DNA from: Octopus vulgaris
Taxonomy: Eukaryota
Reading direction: 5' to 3'
DNA length: 64,000 nucleotides
Assembly: GCA_951406725.2 (NCBI GenBank)
Contig: OX597817.1
Location: 176,669,963-176,733,962, forward strand
Under the pieces are notes generated by a model. It made no database searches. It had not been told where the DNA came from and saw only the letters and a program-made list of their open reading frames with translations. Below are positions 37,623-53,471 of the stretch, in pieces (positions within the stretch are counted from its first letter, which is position 1; every line of letters starts with the position of its first letter). A program made the position numbers and the translations under genes.

Positions 37623-38068
37623 TGTATGTATGACCATATATCTAGATCCCTTGGTTGCATCAGAGGTGCCTACTGATGGAAAACCTGCTGTTTGACCTGA
37701 TTAAAAGTCCTCTCTGTTCGGTCTGCCACTAGGTTCTAGTCACAGAAACTCAGAGTGGTACTGGTATTCTATTGGTGCCTCTCACTATAATCAAATGATG
37801 CACAGTTATGTCTTTAAGATGACCACATTCGGCATTTCATCTGCTGAAATTCCTACGGTGGTGGAAGAATGGACGCGCACGGTAGGCTACAACAACTTTC
37901 GTCTCTCACCTACGCTTCAAAGAAGGCAGATCGGCAGAGAGACTAAATTTCAACTGAGAGGTCATGAATGGAAACACAGAAATGTCTTTGACAAAGAGGA
38001 AGCAAAAGAAAACGGCAACCATCTGCTAAGATGGAGCAATCATCTTATGTGTATGTATATGCATATAC

Positions 38069-38175
<107 letters not shown>

Positions 38176-38282
38176 TTCATAAGTTTAAAGTTTATGAAAG
38201 CTCACCGTGTTTTGTCAATTATAAATAATCCATATAAATATATGCCCTCGACGGAAAAAGTAGTGTTTGATGTACAAATATA

Positions 38283-38358
<76 letters not shown>

Positions 38359-38460
38359 GGAGTAAACACATAAATGTGAAACAAGGTGGAAAAAAGAGTA
38401 CTCAAATACCAGTGGTAGAGTAATATGCTTTATTTTAAGCAGCAGAAAAATCAACAAAAT

Positions 38461-38498
38461 CTGTTACTCTGAGTTTCTCGTTGCCGTTCATCAGACAG
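38461..38498 (-). ncRNA. Minimal hammerhead ribozyme motif
   Basis: Reverse complement CUGU-CUGAUGA-ACGGCAACGA-GAAAC-UCAGA-GUA-ACAG. Confidence 0.8.
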
Positions 38499-39406
38499 TT
38501 TTTGCTAGAATGGAACATATATATTAATATATACTCTTATACACCTTTAAAAAGAAATGGATTGTTTGATTGGCCCTTTAGAAAAAACGGTCAATCTTCG
38601 AGCGATAAACAAAAAGGTCAAAAATATATGTATATATATATAAAAACTTATAAAAATTATAAAATCCGAGGAAAATACCGAGGAAAAACCTGTTGCCGTT
38701 AATGAAGACAGTACAAATTAATGCATAGAAATTAAACCTGTTATAAATACTGCAAAACATATTTATATTAAAATCCACATATATATATCAACATACACAA
38801 AAGGATGCGCGTAAACGCCATACATACATATACAGACGTATGAATATGAATCTAAATTATACACATAAAAGCATGTGTACATATATTCACGCAAACCTGT
38901 CTCGCACGCAAGCTAAAATTCATCTATGTAGCAATTCTCATATACTGAGCAAGGAGGGGGAACGAAAGAAAGGGAAAGAGAGAAAAAGGAACGGAGGAGG
39001 GGTGGGGAAAAAAATTTGTAGCGATGTTATTTGGCATCTATAGAGGCCTGTATACATACACAAGTTTGAATTGATACATATACATACCGTCGTGTATATG
39101 TGTGCTTAAGCACAAGCATACTTTCACTCACACATACACAGTATTTATAACAGGTTTAATTTCTATGCATTAATTTGTACTGTCTTCATTAACGGCAACA
39201 GGTTTTTTCCTCGGTATTTTCCTCGGATTTTATAATTTTTATAAGTTTTTATATATATATACATATATTTTTGACCTTTTTGTTTATCGCTCGAAGATTG
39301 ACCGTTTTTTCTAAAGGGCCAATCAAACAAGTCCATTTCTTTTTAAAGGTGTAGCGTTTGTAAGAGTATAGATTGAATTAATATATATGTTCCATTCTAG
39401 CAAAAA

Positions 39407-39444
39407 CTGTCTGATGAACGGCAACGAGAAACTCAGAGTAACAG
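39407..39444 (+). ncRNA. Minimal hammerhead ribozyme motif
   Basis: ctgt CTGATGA acg gcaa cga GAAAC tcaga GTA acag; GNRA-capped stem II with A-A first pair. Confidence 0.8.
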
Positions 39445-39498
39445 ATTTTGTTGATTTTTCTGCTGCTTAAAATAAAGTATATATATATATATATATAT

Positions 39499-40675
<1,177 letters not shown>

Positions 40676-40788
40676 ATATTTCGGAATGGTCATATTGCCA
40701 GTTTAGCCAATAAAAACACACGCACTATATATTTGGTGTTATTTTCTTCAGTGTTTTTTATTTTTTACGTTAATCTTAATCTTATTTC

Positions 40789-40833
40789 GGCCAGAGTTCT
40801 TTCGTTACATTCCTGTGACCGCATCAGTGGTCC
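40789..40833 (-). ncRNA. Degenerate hammerhead motif in the inverted pLTR
   Basis: Reverse complement GGACCA-CUGAUGC-GGUCACAGGAAUGUAAC-GAAAG-AA-CUC-UGGCC; core A9 replaced by C. Confidence 0.6.
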
Positions 40834-43146
40834 TTTGTTTTCTTCTTTCTTATTTGTGTCTCTCCTTACTAACCGTCAGCCATTTTGTATTTGTATTGTA
40901 TGTTTTCATTTGCGCATGCTTATATCTCTATGTGCGTCAATGTTTATTTAGTGTGTGTATGTGCGGGGATGCCTGTAATATTTGTGTCTACTGTTTATAT
41001 ACGTTCATGTATATATATGCAACCTCATATCGCCAATACAAGAATAACAACTGTGCAGGCGCATGAGGAGAGAGAAAAGGTCCTCAACGCCCACATAATG
41101 TTGTAGACAATTGTTCTGGGACCCCAGAAACGTACAGCAAATAATTTCAAATCCTGGAACAATGATATCCCGGCACAGTATGGACATCGCAAGGACCATA
41201 AAGTAATTACTGACCCTATAGCAGGACCACCAACAAGACCAGTCTGTGGAGCGAATATCGCTAGCAATTACAGAATCTCCTACTTCCTCTCAATGATCAT
41301 ACGCCCTATAATCCGGATGTCACCTGATGTTTGTGACAGCACAGCAGATCTCCTCAGCAGGATCAATGACTGTAACAACACTTGTGACCTGGCAGGATGT
41401 ATGGTGGGTAGCACGGATGTGGTATCCCTATACTCATCGATCGACGTAGATCTTGCGGTGGAGAAGTGCGTGGAGATGATCAACGAGAGTCAGGTGGAGT
41501 TCCGTAATGTCAACACAGAAGAACTGGGCCTCCTACTTAGACTGACATGTAATAATGAATACTTAGATATACATAATCTTAGTAGTTTCTGCCCCAGTAG
41601 ATGTTTAAGAGGTAGACCGCCCACAATTACTTCTATGGCTAGGAAGACACATATAGAAAGATGGCGCGGATGGACCAGAGCCATACGGAGCCCCGCAAAT
41701 GTCCATCAGGTAAAGAAAATGATCGCACATGCACCAGGAGCTAGTATAAGAGTTACCCTAAAAGGCCACACGTTTCAGTTTAATAATAAAATATATGCCC
41801 AGGTCGAGGGGGCAGCCATCGGCGTTAGTATCGCTAGTGATGTGGCTAACCTTTTCATGGTATAGTGAGACAGAAGGCTTAAAGAACGCCCAACACAGAA
41901 CTCCATACTCGTAAACATGTACTCTCGCTATGTTGATGATATCAACATAGTGGTAAAGGCACCTCCACAAGAGAGTAATGTTGATATAGTATTAGAAACT
42001 AATACTATGGAGAGCATCCAGCAAATAGCTAACTCAATCCACTAGAGTATTAAGGTCATAATAGACTACCCCACTAAACACCCCAACCATAGACTACCAG
42101 TAATAGACACTGAACTCTGGCTAGAAAATGTGACTAATAAAACCCAAATCCTTCATTCATACTATGCCAAACCTATGGGCTCAACATACTTGATCCACCG
42201 GAACTCAGCCATTGCGGACAATGCCAAATTCAATATTTTGATGGCAGACCTCGTCAGAATAATGAGAAATGTGTCACGCATGTGCGAGACCACAGAGTTA
42301 AAGAGACAGATACAATATTTCATTCACCGCATGCAGTTCTCAGGTTACAGCCATAAAGAAAGGATCAGAGTATACAAAGGAGCCATGAAGAAATTTGATA
42401 ATATATTATGTAATGATAGGAATGGGACTTGCCCACTCTATAGAAACAAGCCATGGAACACTACAGAAAGGACAAAAAAGAAAATAGAGAAGGCCAATTC
42501 TTGGTATGATAGCCATAAATACCAGAGTGTCATGTTCGTTGACACCACCCCTGGAGGTGAACTGGCGTACCGCTTTAGAAGGACCCTAGACAAACTTAAG
42601 CAAAGAATTAAGTTGTTGAAAAGCCAGGCTACCCTATCAAATCTATAATTGGTAGAACCTATCCTTCTAGTAGAACCCCATGTACGGATAATAGTGTACT
42701 GTATGTAGATTTAGCCCGAAAACAAACTGTAAAGCCAGAAATGTAGTCTATAGTATAAGATGTATAGAGGGAGGATGCAGTAACAAGACAACGATATACG
42801 TAGGGGAAACGGCAAGAAGCATAGGAGAGCGGATAAATGGCCATTGGAGACAATTCAAGGAAGGTAAAATCTCATCGATTCTGTACCAACACGCCGAACA
42901 GGAACACGGGGGATCAATCAATAACATAGAAATTAAAATATTGTCCACACATAGAACAGATGCAACAATTAAACAAATTACAGAAGCTACACACATAATA
43001 GAAAATAAACCTAGCCTGAATAGAAAACTAGAATGGAGCACTAACACACACCCCAACATACCACGATAGAGGATTCCGAAAACATAATAAATACAGATAA
43101 AAAGACAAATAGAAATAAATAACTATACATACACACACACACACAC

Positions 43147-43199
<53 letters not shown>

Positions 43200-43233
<34 letters not shown>

Positions 43234-43472
43234 ATTTGGCTCAAAAGCAAATAGCAAGGCCATGTAGGGGGACATGGAGTTAAGTACAGGGTGGTGTTCA
43301 TGTAAAGAGTTCAGGCCACTTGAGGTCCAGGGAGGCTTTGAACAAAGCGGTCGTCGGCATCTTCACCATCTCGTCTGGCAGCTTGTTCCACGGATCCGCA
43401 ACCCGGACGGAGAAAGCTCCTCTCCTTCGATTGAGATGAAATCGTCGCAGGTAGAGCTTTTCGGAATGACCC
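43200..43472 (-). mobile_element. 5'-truncated 3' tip of the CR1 family at 1428-5004
   Basis: Near-identical to 1440-1689 including (TAAC)n tail; empty site at ~23045. Confidence 0.95.
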
Positions 43473-43709
43473 AGCATTTTGATTCGATTTCTAATTATTA
43501 TTACTAGTATTGTTGTTATACATACATACATACAAGCAAACGTAATGATAATAATATGTGGATGTAAACACATGAACAGAATAACTGCAAATATATAGTG
43601 CGTGTGTTTTTATTGGCTAAACTGGCAATATGACCATTCCGAAATATAACAATATCTGTTTCAACACATGACTTAACATAAAAATTCTTGCACAACAAAT
43701 ATTTAAACG

Positions 43710-43775
<66 letters not shown>

Positions 43776-44686
43776 TATATACATACATTATATATATATA
43801 TATATACATATATGTATACATACATACATAGAGTCATACATATATACATACATTATATATATATACATATATAATTTAAGAGAGAGAGGGAGAGATAGAT
43901 AGATACGTATATTTATGTTACCCTGGCAATATCACAAGAAGGCTGTTGTATTCGTCAATATATACTTATGCTTGCGCGCAGGCTCGCGTCTTTTTGTATG
44001 TGTGTGTGTGTGTATATGTCTATCTATCTATCTAACTGACTAGCTAAACTAACTAACTAACTTAACTAACTAACTAACTATCTGTTTATCCCTGCCCTTT
44101 CGCTAACCTCTGTAACAATCGCTACATCCTTGTACATGGATAAGAGATCTAGTTTTGTTTCAAATCCACCTAAACGCAACCCAAATTGGTCTTTCTAGTC
44201 CTTTGTGGTACTTTGTTGTCCTTTGTAGTAATTTGAGCCGATACCTGTTCTATGTCTGTCTCGTTCTTTGATATATCGTACGTAAACTTAGATCGTATAT
44301 ATGTATGTACGTGTGTGTATTATATATGTATGTATTATATACGTATGCATGACTAGGTTTCTTAAATGTTCAGTGAAGGTATTTTGTTTTTCGCTGATCT
44401 TAAGGTTTATGTTAACACCCGATGGTCATCTAATTACCACAACTATTATCACTGGGACATTCCACAACTAATTCTTCCTCTTATCAGTGGCGACGTTTTC
44501 TGTCGTAACGTTGGCTCTTAGTATGTATGCATGTATTATATTCAGATACATATATGTATGTCTTTGTATATATATAAGCCTGCTCGCTTAGCCAGCGGGG
44601 TGGCGTCATTTGGAGGCTAAAACAAAGCGAAGTGAATTGTGACCACGACGTGTAGCAACATCTCGTAGCCTTGTCGGTCACGTGAT

Positions 44687-44733
<47 letters not shown>

Positions 44734-44763
44734 TATATATTTATATATATACATATATGCATT

Positions 44764-44887
<124 letters not shown>

Positions 44888-45583
44888 ACATGTATGTATG
44901 TGTGTATGTATGTATGTATGTATGTTTGCCATTACAGTGGACTGAAGCAACGTGAAATAAAGTGTCTTGCTCAAGGACGCAACGCTCGCTGTTGTCACAG
45001 TACTTTTTAGGAGAAGTGCGTCCTGATGTAAAACCTGCTATTTCACATAATCATTGTTCATCTAGATTCGGTCTGCCACTAGGTTCTAGTCACAGAGACT
45101 CAGAGTAGTACTCGTGTTGTACAACTGTCTATCACTACATTCCAATGACACACAGATATCTCATTAAGATGAACACATTTGTCATTTAGTTTACTGAAGC
45201 TCCAAAGGCGGTGAGCTGGCAGAAACGTTAACACGCCGGGCTAAATGCTTAGCGTTATTTCGTCTGTCTTTGCGTTCTGAGTTCAAATTCCGCCGAGGTT
45301 GACTTTGCCTTTCATCCTTTCAGGGTCGATAAATTAAGCACCAGTTGCGTACTGGGGTCGAGCTACCTATCTATATCTGCCCTCTAACAAGCGTCTGTAC
45401 TTCAGTGGCAAGGACCTGGTATTTTGACAGGAGGATATCCAGTTTTGTTTCGAAGGCACTTAAACCCACCCCATGTTTGCCTCTCATGTAATAATATGAC
45501 CCGATACCCTTTTTTTTTTTACTGTTTTGCTATTTGCTATATTATACGTAAACTTAATTCATACTACATACATACATATATGT

Positions 45584-45659
<76 letters not shown>

Positions 45660-47218
45660 TTGTGTATTATATATGTATGTATGCATATATATATAAATAT
45701 ATAAATAAATATATACGTATGCAATGCATGTTTGTATGTGCATACATACAATACACACGCACATACACAAACACACACACATACACAAACAGACACACAT
45801 ACACGAACACACACACACACATACACAAACACACACACACATATACATATATACACACGTACATATGTATACATATATGACTATGTGTATGTATGTATGT
45901 ATACAACCAGTTTTCTTTTATTTAAATTTCCAAGAAACGTTCCTCTCTTAAAAAGTCTTTTCATATAACCGTGTTAAGTCAAGTGCATCTGAAATTTGAA
46001 AGGCTAATTTCAATACTTACAAATATGTCCCACACCCATCCAATTATTGAAACTGGCTATTGTGTTAGAAACTTTGAATTCAGTAGATCACACAAAGATA
46101 TACATATGTACCCTCAGGCACACATACACATGTCTCCTGGGTGAGTGTGACCTAGAGCGTAGTGTTATGACAGAGACTTAGCATATTGGGGAGAAAAGGA
46201 GGAATGATGTATCTCTTTTTGTAGGATTTCAAATACATAGCATTCTAGCTGTGATGTAATGTATGTACGGGTTCGAGTGAGGCTAGTATTCCTGTCACTC
46301 TCTAGTTCTTGTGACCCTTATTCTTGAACCAGACGGATCACAGAGCTGAGAAACAACATGTATCTTCTCTAAATAAACAAGGAATTGGGCAGAATATTTC
46401 TGCTCTTGTCTCACTGAGAAGACAGCATCAGTTGTATTTATTCTCACCATAAAAACAAAAATCACGTCTACATTAATTTTCTTTTTCTAAGCAAATGAGA
46501 TGTAATTCTTTTTGTAACCTTCATAACTGGCCCCAACAGTTTAACACCTCAAGCATTCTTACTTTAATACATTACCTTTGCCTTTTATAGCAGTTGAAAA
46601 TGGTATTACCACATCAGTCACTGGGTATAAGAATCTCCTATTCAAGTTGATTTACTTAGGGGCTGACTAACCCGCATCCCACTCTCATGAGTATTTCGTA
46701 TCAGATACCTTCCCTACCTTCATATCTTTAATCGCATTCTCCACTGTACGGCTGTAAATTTGGATGGATGGCCCCCTCAACTGGGTTTACTTCCGATACA
46801 CTCTTTATCCCCCTTCTATTCATTACATCCAACAAATTCTCATTATAACACGTCTGCTCTTCTTTCTTTACATTTCATGAATAACAAGAGTATGATTATT
46901 ATTCCGTACAGAATCTTCATCAATAATGTCTTTCATTTCTCTCCCAAACAATCTTGCCATTCAGAATATGCCACACTTCTGATGTCTTAAAACAATGATA
47001 AACTTCTTACTCTGCTCATCTTCCTTTCTTTGATATAATTGTTGCGTTGTTTATTTTCTTGCAACTTGGTGTTGCTTTTTGTGGTCCCCTTTTGCCAATC
47101 TTTCCAAGCCCGTCCCTAACTTACGTGACCCTTTCTATGCAGTTATTCCTCTACATATACAAATTACATATGTATATGTGTTTGTGCGTGTTTGTATACA
47201 TATATATACACATATATA

Positions 47219-47702
47219 CAGGACAGTGCTTATAGCACCAGGAAGACATCTCCTCCAGTTGGCTAATGACACAGTCTGTGTCCGATTAGTATTTGCAAGG
47301 GGGTTCATCGCTCCCATGTCTAACCATACGTCATACACACGGATGCAAGTTTCTGGGTGATTACCTCCCCTCCCACCGAGCATGTGTTAATCACTAGCAA
47401 GTGATGAAAGTTCATTCCACTCGCAAATTATTATATACCTTTCTAACGACTCACAGTCGCTAATCTCGTAAAAGAGAGAGATATGTTATTTTAAATTTAA
47501 TATAACATACAGATTTAATATAACATATCTCTCTCTTTTACGAGATCATCGACAGTGAGTTGCTAGAAAAGTATATAGTGATTTGGCTTCAGATGGTAGT
47601 GATGGCCTCCTTCGCATATTCTAATCGGGCACAGAATGTGTGTCGTTATTCAGCTGGAGGAGATGTCTTCCTGGGGCTATAAAGAACAGTAGCACTGTCC
47701 TG
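47219..47702. mobile_element. MITE, copy C
   Basis: Same TIRs and TA flanks as 15346-15828. Confidence 0.85.
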
Positions 47703-47820
47703 TATAGCACGCCACATTCAGTTGGCAAATATAGTTTACAATTCCGTACTGCTACTGTTTATATGTCTCTCAGAAATTTTATATAAGATATGTATGCATG
47801 CATGTATGTATATATGTATA

Positions 47821-47858
<38 letters not shown>

Positions 47859-49077
47859 TATTTATGTATGTACTTGGTAAGGTGGACACCCTTCGTTTAA
47901 CTCCCTGCAGGTCGAAAAGCAAACTATTTCAAAGGCCGGGTGATCACAGGAGAATCAACAGCCCTCCAATGGCTGGGAGTGCGATATAACTGCTTTTGTT
48001 GTGACATCTCTCTTATGTAATACTTATGATGTAGAATAGTTGTTTGTTTGGCAGGAATGTATTGGCTGTTTGGGGAGGGAGTCGGAATTGCCATGTGCAA
48101 AGGTTCTCTCCTTCTATTTTTCCTCAGACGCAGCCAAAACGCACAGCCTTCGAACGACAAGGCACATAGCCTGCGATCGGCAAAACACAAAGTTGAAAAT
48201 TTCATGAGAGAACAAAGGTATGAGTCAGGGAAGATGGTAAGTCTCTCAAAAACTGCAGCAGGAAGTCTCCTTCGTTAGTATGTCTTTGATTGCGCAAAAG
48301 TGTTTAGATCCCTAACAGGACTAAAAAATACACGTCCCTGCTTCGTTGAGTAAACAAATGTGGCATATTTCGGAATCAAGTTGCAACCATCACATGTGTG
48401 TGTTTGTTTATGTGTCATTGTATGCCTTTCTGTTTGGGTGTATGTGTGTGTCTTTAGAGGACATGAATTACGTATTTAATTTTAATAAGCTCACTGCAGA
48501 TTCTAGTAGTTACAGTGCATGCAGAGATGAGTGCTTGGGAATAACCTTATAGTTTCTTCGAAGCTTCTAAAACGATATATAAATATGCATATATGTGTTT
48601 GCTTAAGATTGTTTGAATGCGTCTGTGTGTATGCAGTGGGGACCCAAGATCTTTTTTGTTTCCAAAAAATTACTATGTTAGTCGGGAATCGCAATTTGTA
48701 ACAAATGGACACATTTTCATGTATTCTATGTTGTAGCTGACCAGAAACATATAAAACAGTTATGCTCTGAAAAATCTTGGTCCCGGCAATTTTTTTGGTG
48801 TCGGATGTGCCAGAAAGGGTGTTACCCGGGCAACTAGGGCAACACCCCTGCCTCAACCACTGGTATCTATGTAGACATGTAAGCTTGTTGTATTTATATG
48901 TGGATGGATGGACGTATGTATGCAGGTAAGCTTGATGTATGTATGTATGTATGTATGTATGTATGTGTGTATGTATGTGTGTATGTATGTATGTATGTAT
49001 GTATGTATGTATGTATGTATGTATGTATGTATGTATGTATGTATGTATGTATGTATGCATGTATGTATGTAAGTATT

Positions 49078-49413
49078 GTGAAGGCGCATGGCTCAGTGGT
49101 TAGAGCGTCGAGCTTACGATCGTGAGGTTGTGAGCTCGAATCCCGGACCGGGCTGCGTGTTGTGTTCTCGAGCAAGGCACTTTATTTCACGTTGCTCCAG
49201 TTCACTTAACTGTAGAAATGAGTTGCGACGTCACTGGTGCCAAGCTGTATCGACCTTTATCTTTCCCTTGGTTAACACTGGTGGCGTGGAGAGGGGAGGC
49301 TGGTATGCATGGGCGACTGCTGGCCTTCCATAAACAACCTTGCCCGGACTTGTGTCTAGGAGGGTAACTTTCTAGGTGCAATCCCATAGTCATTCATGAC
49401 CGAAGGGGGTCTT
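49078..49413 (+). mobile_element. Full-length tRNA-derived SINE
   Basis: Box A TGGCTCAGTGG (49089-49099), box B GAGCTCGAATCCC (~49132-49144), TATT duplication; empty site GTAAGTATTATGAATG at 17201. Confidence 0.92.
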
Positions 49414-50075
49414 TATTATGAATGTGTACGCGTGTGTGATTTATTGTGTCACCACTATACAAAAAGGTAAACAATGCTAATTTCTTACAGAGAGAAAGTT
49501 GCGTGAAATATTTTGAGAAGAGGATTGTTGACTATTTTAGGACCAAAGCTTTGTTGTTTACTTCACTTGACTTAACATTTAGAACATACTTAAACAACCA
49601 GCCACTGTCTTGTGTGTCCCGACTACTACAATGAATCAGAATTTTAATGCAATGACATCGACGCAGTACTGCAATGTGGTGGTAAACAATCATCATCATC
49701 ATCATCATCAACCTCAGCTTTATATTATATATACGTATATGTATATTATACATACATATGTATATGTGGGCGTATATATATATATTATTAAATATAAGGG
49801 TAGCAAAAATTCTAGAAAAAATTCTCCGCTACAAGCGGTTATATATATATATATATATATATACTTCAGTTGATCACTTGACCGACCAGTCCGTCAGGCG
49901 TCCACTTGACATCGCTGGTCACAGCAGGCTGTTAATTCCTCTCTGGATCGCGCCTTTCTTATCCACGTGATCCCAATCGTCATCCTGAAATCGTAACTCC
50001 ACCGTCGTGGAGGTCTTCCGGGTGGTCTTTCCGCTCGCGCGGGTACCACTCGGCAACTGCATGGGTCTACTGATT

Positions 50076-50142
<67 letters not shown>

Positions 50143-50252
50143 CATATATACATATAGACATACAGATAGAAAGATAAATAGATAGATAGATTGATAAGAT
50201 ACATAGGTAGATAAGATAGGTATATATAAAGATAAGTGTATATATATATATA

Positions 50253-50790
<538 letters not shown>

Positions 50791-50791
50791 C

Positions 50792-50832
<41 letters not shown>

Positions 50833-53066
50833 GTAGATAGAGGCTTACATAGATACATAGATAGAGTGATAGACAGATAGATATAATATATGTGTGTGTC
50901 CGTGTAATTATAATAAGGGCTTAGAAATAAATTTGCTAGCTATATGCTGAGAAAAAGATATTGATGACGATCGTAACGAATATGATGAGCTGGAGGGGGA
51001 TTGTGAAGATTATCATAATCAAGATGATGATCATTTGAATGAGGAAGATGAGCTATAAATTTTCCAGTGGAGTTGTTAAATGAACAAAATCTACGTGAAT
51101 TCCACCTCATATTCTGGTGATGAACGTTTGGAGTATTATAATGTGAGAACGAAACCTCAGACCCCTGAAGAGTTTACTAAATAGAACATGAGCAATAATT
51201 ATAGAAGAGTGCAACCATCTTCTTTATACAGCAGAAATATTTACTGGCAACAGTTAAGAAGAATGGGTTTTCATTTCACGAATTTATTTCACACATGGCG
51301 AGACAAATCTACTTTTTCAGCATAATCACAGACAGTTCCCCTTGATACTATTCTTTGTTATTGTAAACATAGTTTTCTCCCAGACCTACCAGATGCAAGT
51401 GAAACGAAAAGAATGCTTCCTCACTCTAAATGGCATCAACTATTCTCTCAAACAACTATTTGTCTGAAATGAAGTCTTTTGATTCCCTCCTCAAATTAAG
51501 TTCGGTCCTCCAAAATATCCGTTTGAACATTAGAATGAAAATTAAGAACTGTGTCTGGTAAGCCTAATGTGGTACAACTAACACCATGCAATCACAATAT
51601 CAAATCTATTCCCTGTATGAATTGTTAAAGGAAATTTTAAAGTCGCTTCGTTAAAAGTCTTCAATGAATGTACTTTCAATCAGCTGATACAGTTCTACAG
51701 GGTATTTAAGCGCGTCAACTGCATATAGCTATGCATAGCTTCGCCTCGGTTAAGATTGGCGAAACATCAATACCTGCAGATTCTTCTAGACATCTCATTC
51801 ACTTACCATCATAACTACGTAAAGTATATTTTTCTGCTGTCTTCGATAATGTTTCAAATACTTCACCATTTCGATTCCCATTTGGTAAATCTTTAAAATT
51901 TAAGGCTCCTCGAATATATAATAGTAATGGAAGAAGATAAAATCTATCGGGCGGACATAAGAAATCTTGGGTGGCCACAAGAAGGAGAACAACAACAACA
52001 CGACTCTGCGAAGTTAGCTATAGTAAATATAGCCTCATATGCAGGTTACAATAAGGAAATTTTATAATAGCCTCAAGTGTAACAGTAGGAGATAGGGAAA
52101 CCAAAAGTCCAAAGGGGTTGAAGATCTTTAAAAAAAATGAAGTAAGATTATCTGACTGGCAAGAGAAGGCTTTGCACCGTAGATCTCCAAAGATAATCTC
52201 AGAAGAAAATAATAATGAGACAGCTGTGGATTCACAAAGCAAGGCTGAAAAGGGAAACAAAACTGTTGCTAGTAATAACACAAGGTTTGATATTGAGGAC
52301 TATTTGGATAAAAGCCAGGATAGAAGAAAATCAGGCAGATTAACAAAGCAGGTTAAGTAAATCAAAGGGTAAAGAACTACTCATGATAAGTTGTGTAGAA
52401 TAATCCAGAGGAAGTTATGTAGATAGCTAGAAATTGACCATACAGATAAGTGTTATAAATATGAATCTAGTAAAGTGCTAGTAAATAAGAAAAAATATAA
52501 GACATAGTGGGATTTTATTATTCAGGCCGAGAGATTAATAGAAACTACAAAGCCTCATTTAGAAGTAGTAGCCTAAGAGAAAGGAAAGTGTCAGGTAATT
52601 GACTTTACAATCCCAAATGATGAGAAAATCAATATGGAAACTATACAGAAAATAGCAAAGTACCAGGGTCTAGCCATTCAGTTATAGAGGCAAGGAAATG
52701 TGTGGATAAAATGTATCCCTGTAGCTATAAGTTCATTACGAATTATCCCTAAGGGTTTCACAAAGAAATTGAAAAACTAGGCGTAAAACCTACTTTAGTG
52801 CAGCTCCAGGAAACCGTGTTATTAGGGACAGCTAGGAAACTTAGGAAGGTTTTTCGCATATAAGGTTACTTGCTGTAGCCCGATGTTAAGAACTTTTCTT
52901 GTTCCAGTCTAATCTGTTGTGCGTAGAGGAAATAATAATCCTTACTTGTAAATACAAATGGGCTGTTTTTTTCCTAATTTTGGTGGTGGGGACTAGATGA
53001 TTACATCGACCCCGATGTAATTTATCAACCCCGAAAGGATCAAATATAAAATCGATTTCGCCGCTC

Positions 53067-53147
<81 letters not shown>

Positions 53148-53389
53148 TAATAATAATGATGATGATAATAATAATAATAATGATGATGATAATAATAATG
53201 ATGATGATAATAATAATAATGATGATGTTGATAATGATAATAATAATAATAATAATGATGATGATAATAATAATAATAATGATGATGATAATAATAATGA
53301 TGATGATAATAATAATAATGATGATGATGATAATGATAATAATAATAATAATAATGATGATGATAATAATAATAAGAAGAATAATAATG

Positions 53390-53470
<81 letters not shown>

Positions 53471-53471
<1 letters not shown>

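Larger units (their letters stand above)
38356..39477. mobile_element. Non-coding PLE pLTR pair in inverted orientation (arms ~38428-38752 and ~39139-39477)
   Basis: ~330-bp inverted repeat around a ~390-bp spacer; hammerhead in each arm; in (TA)n; empty in copy C (~59480-59619). Confidence 0.85.

Noticed and set aside
49078-49150. tRNA gene
   Set aside because: Box A/B head continues into a SINE body with a target duplication and an empty paralogous site
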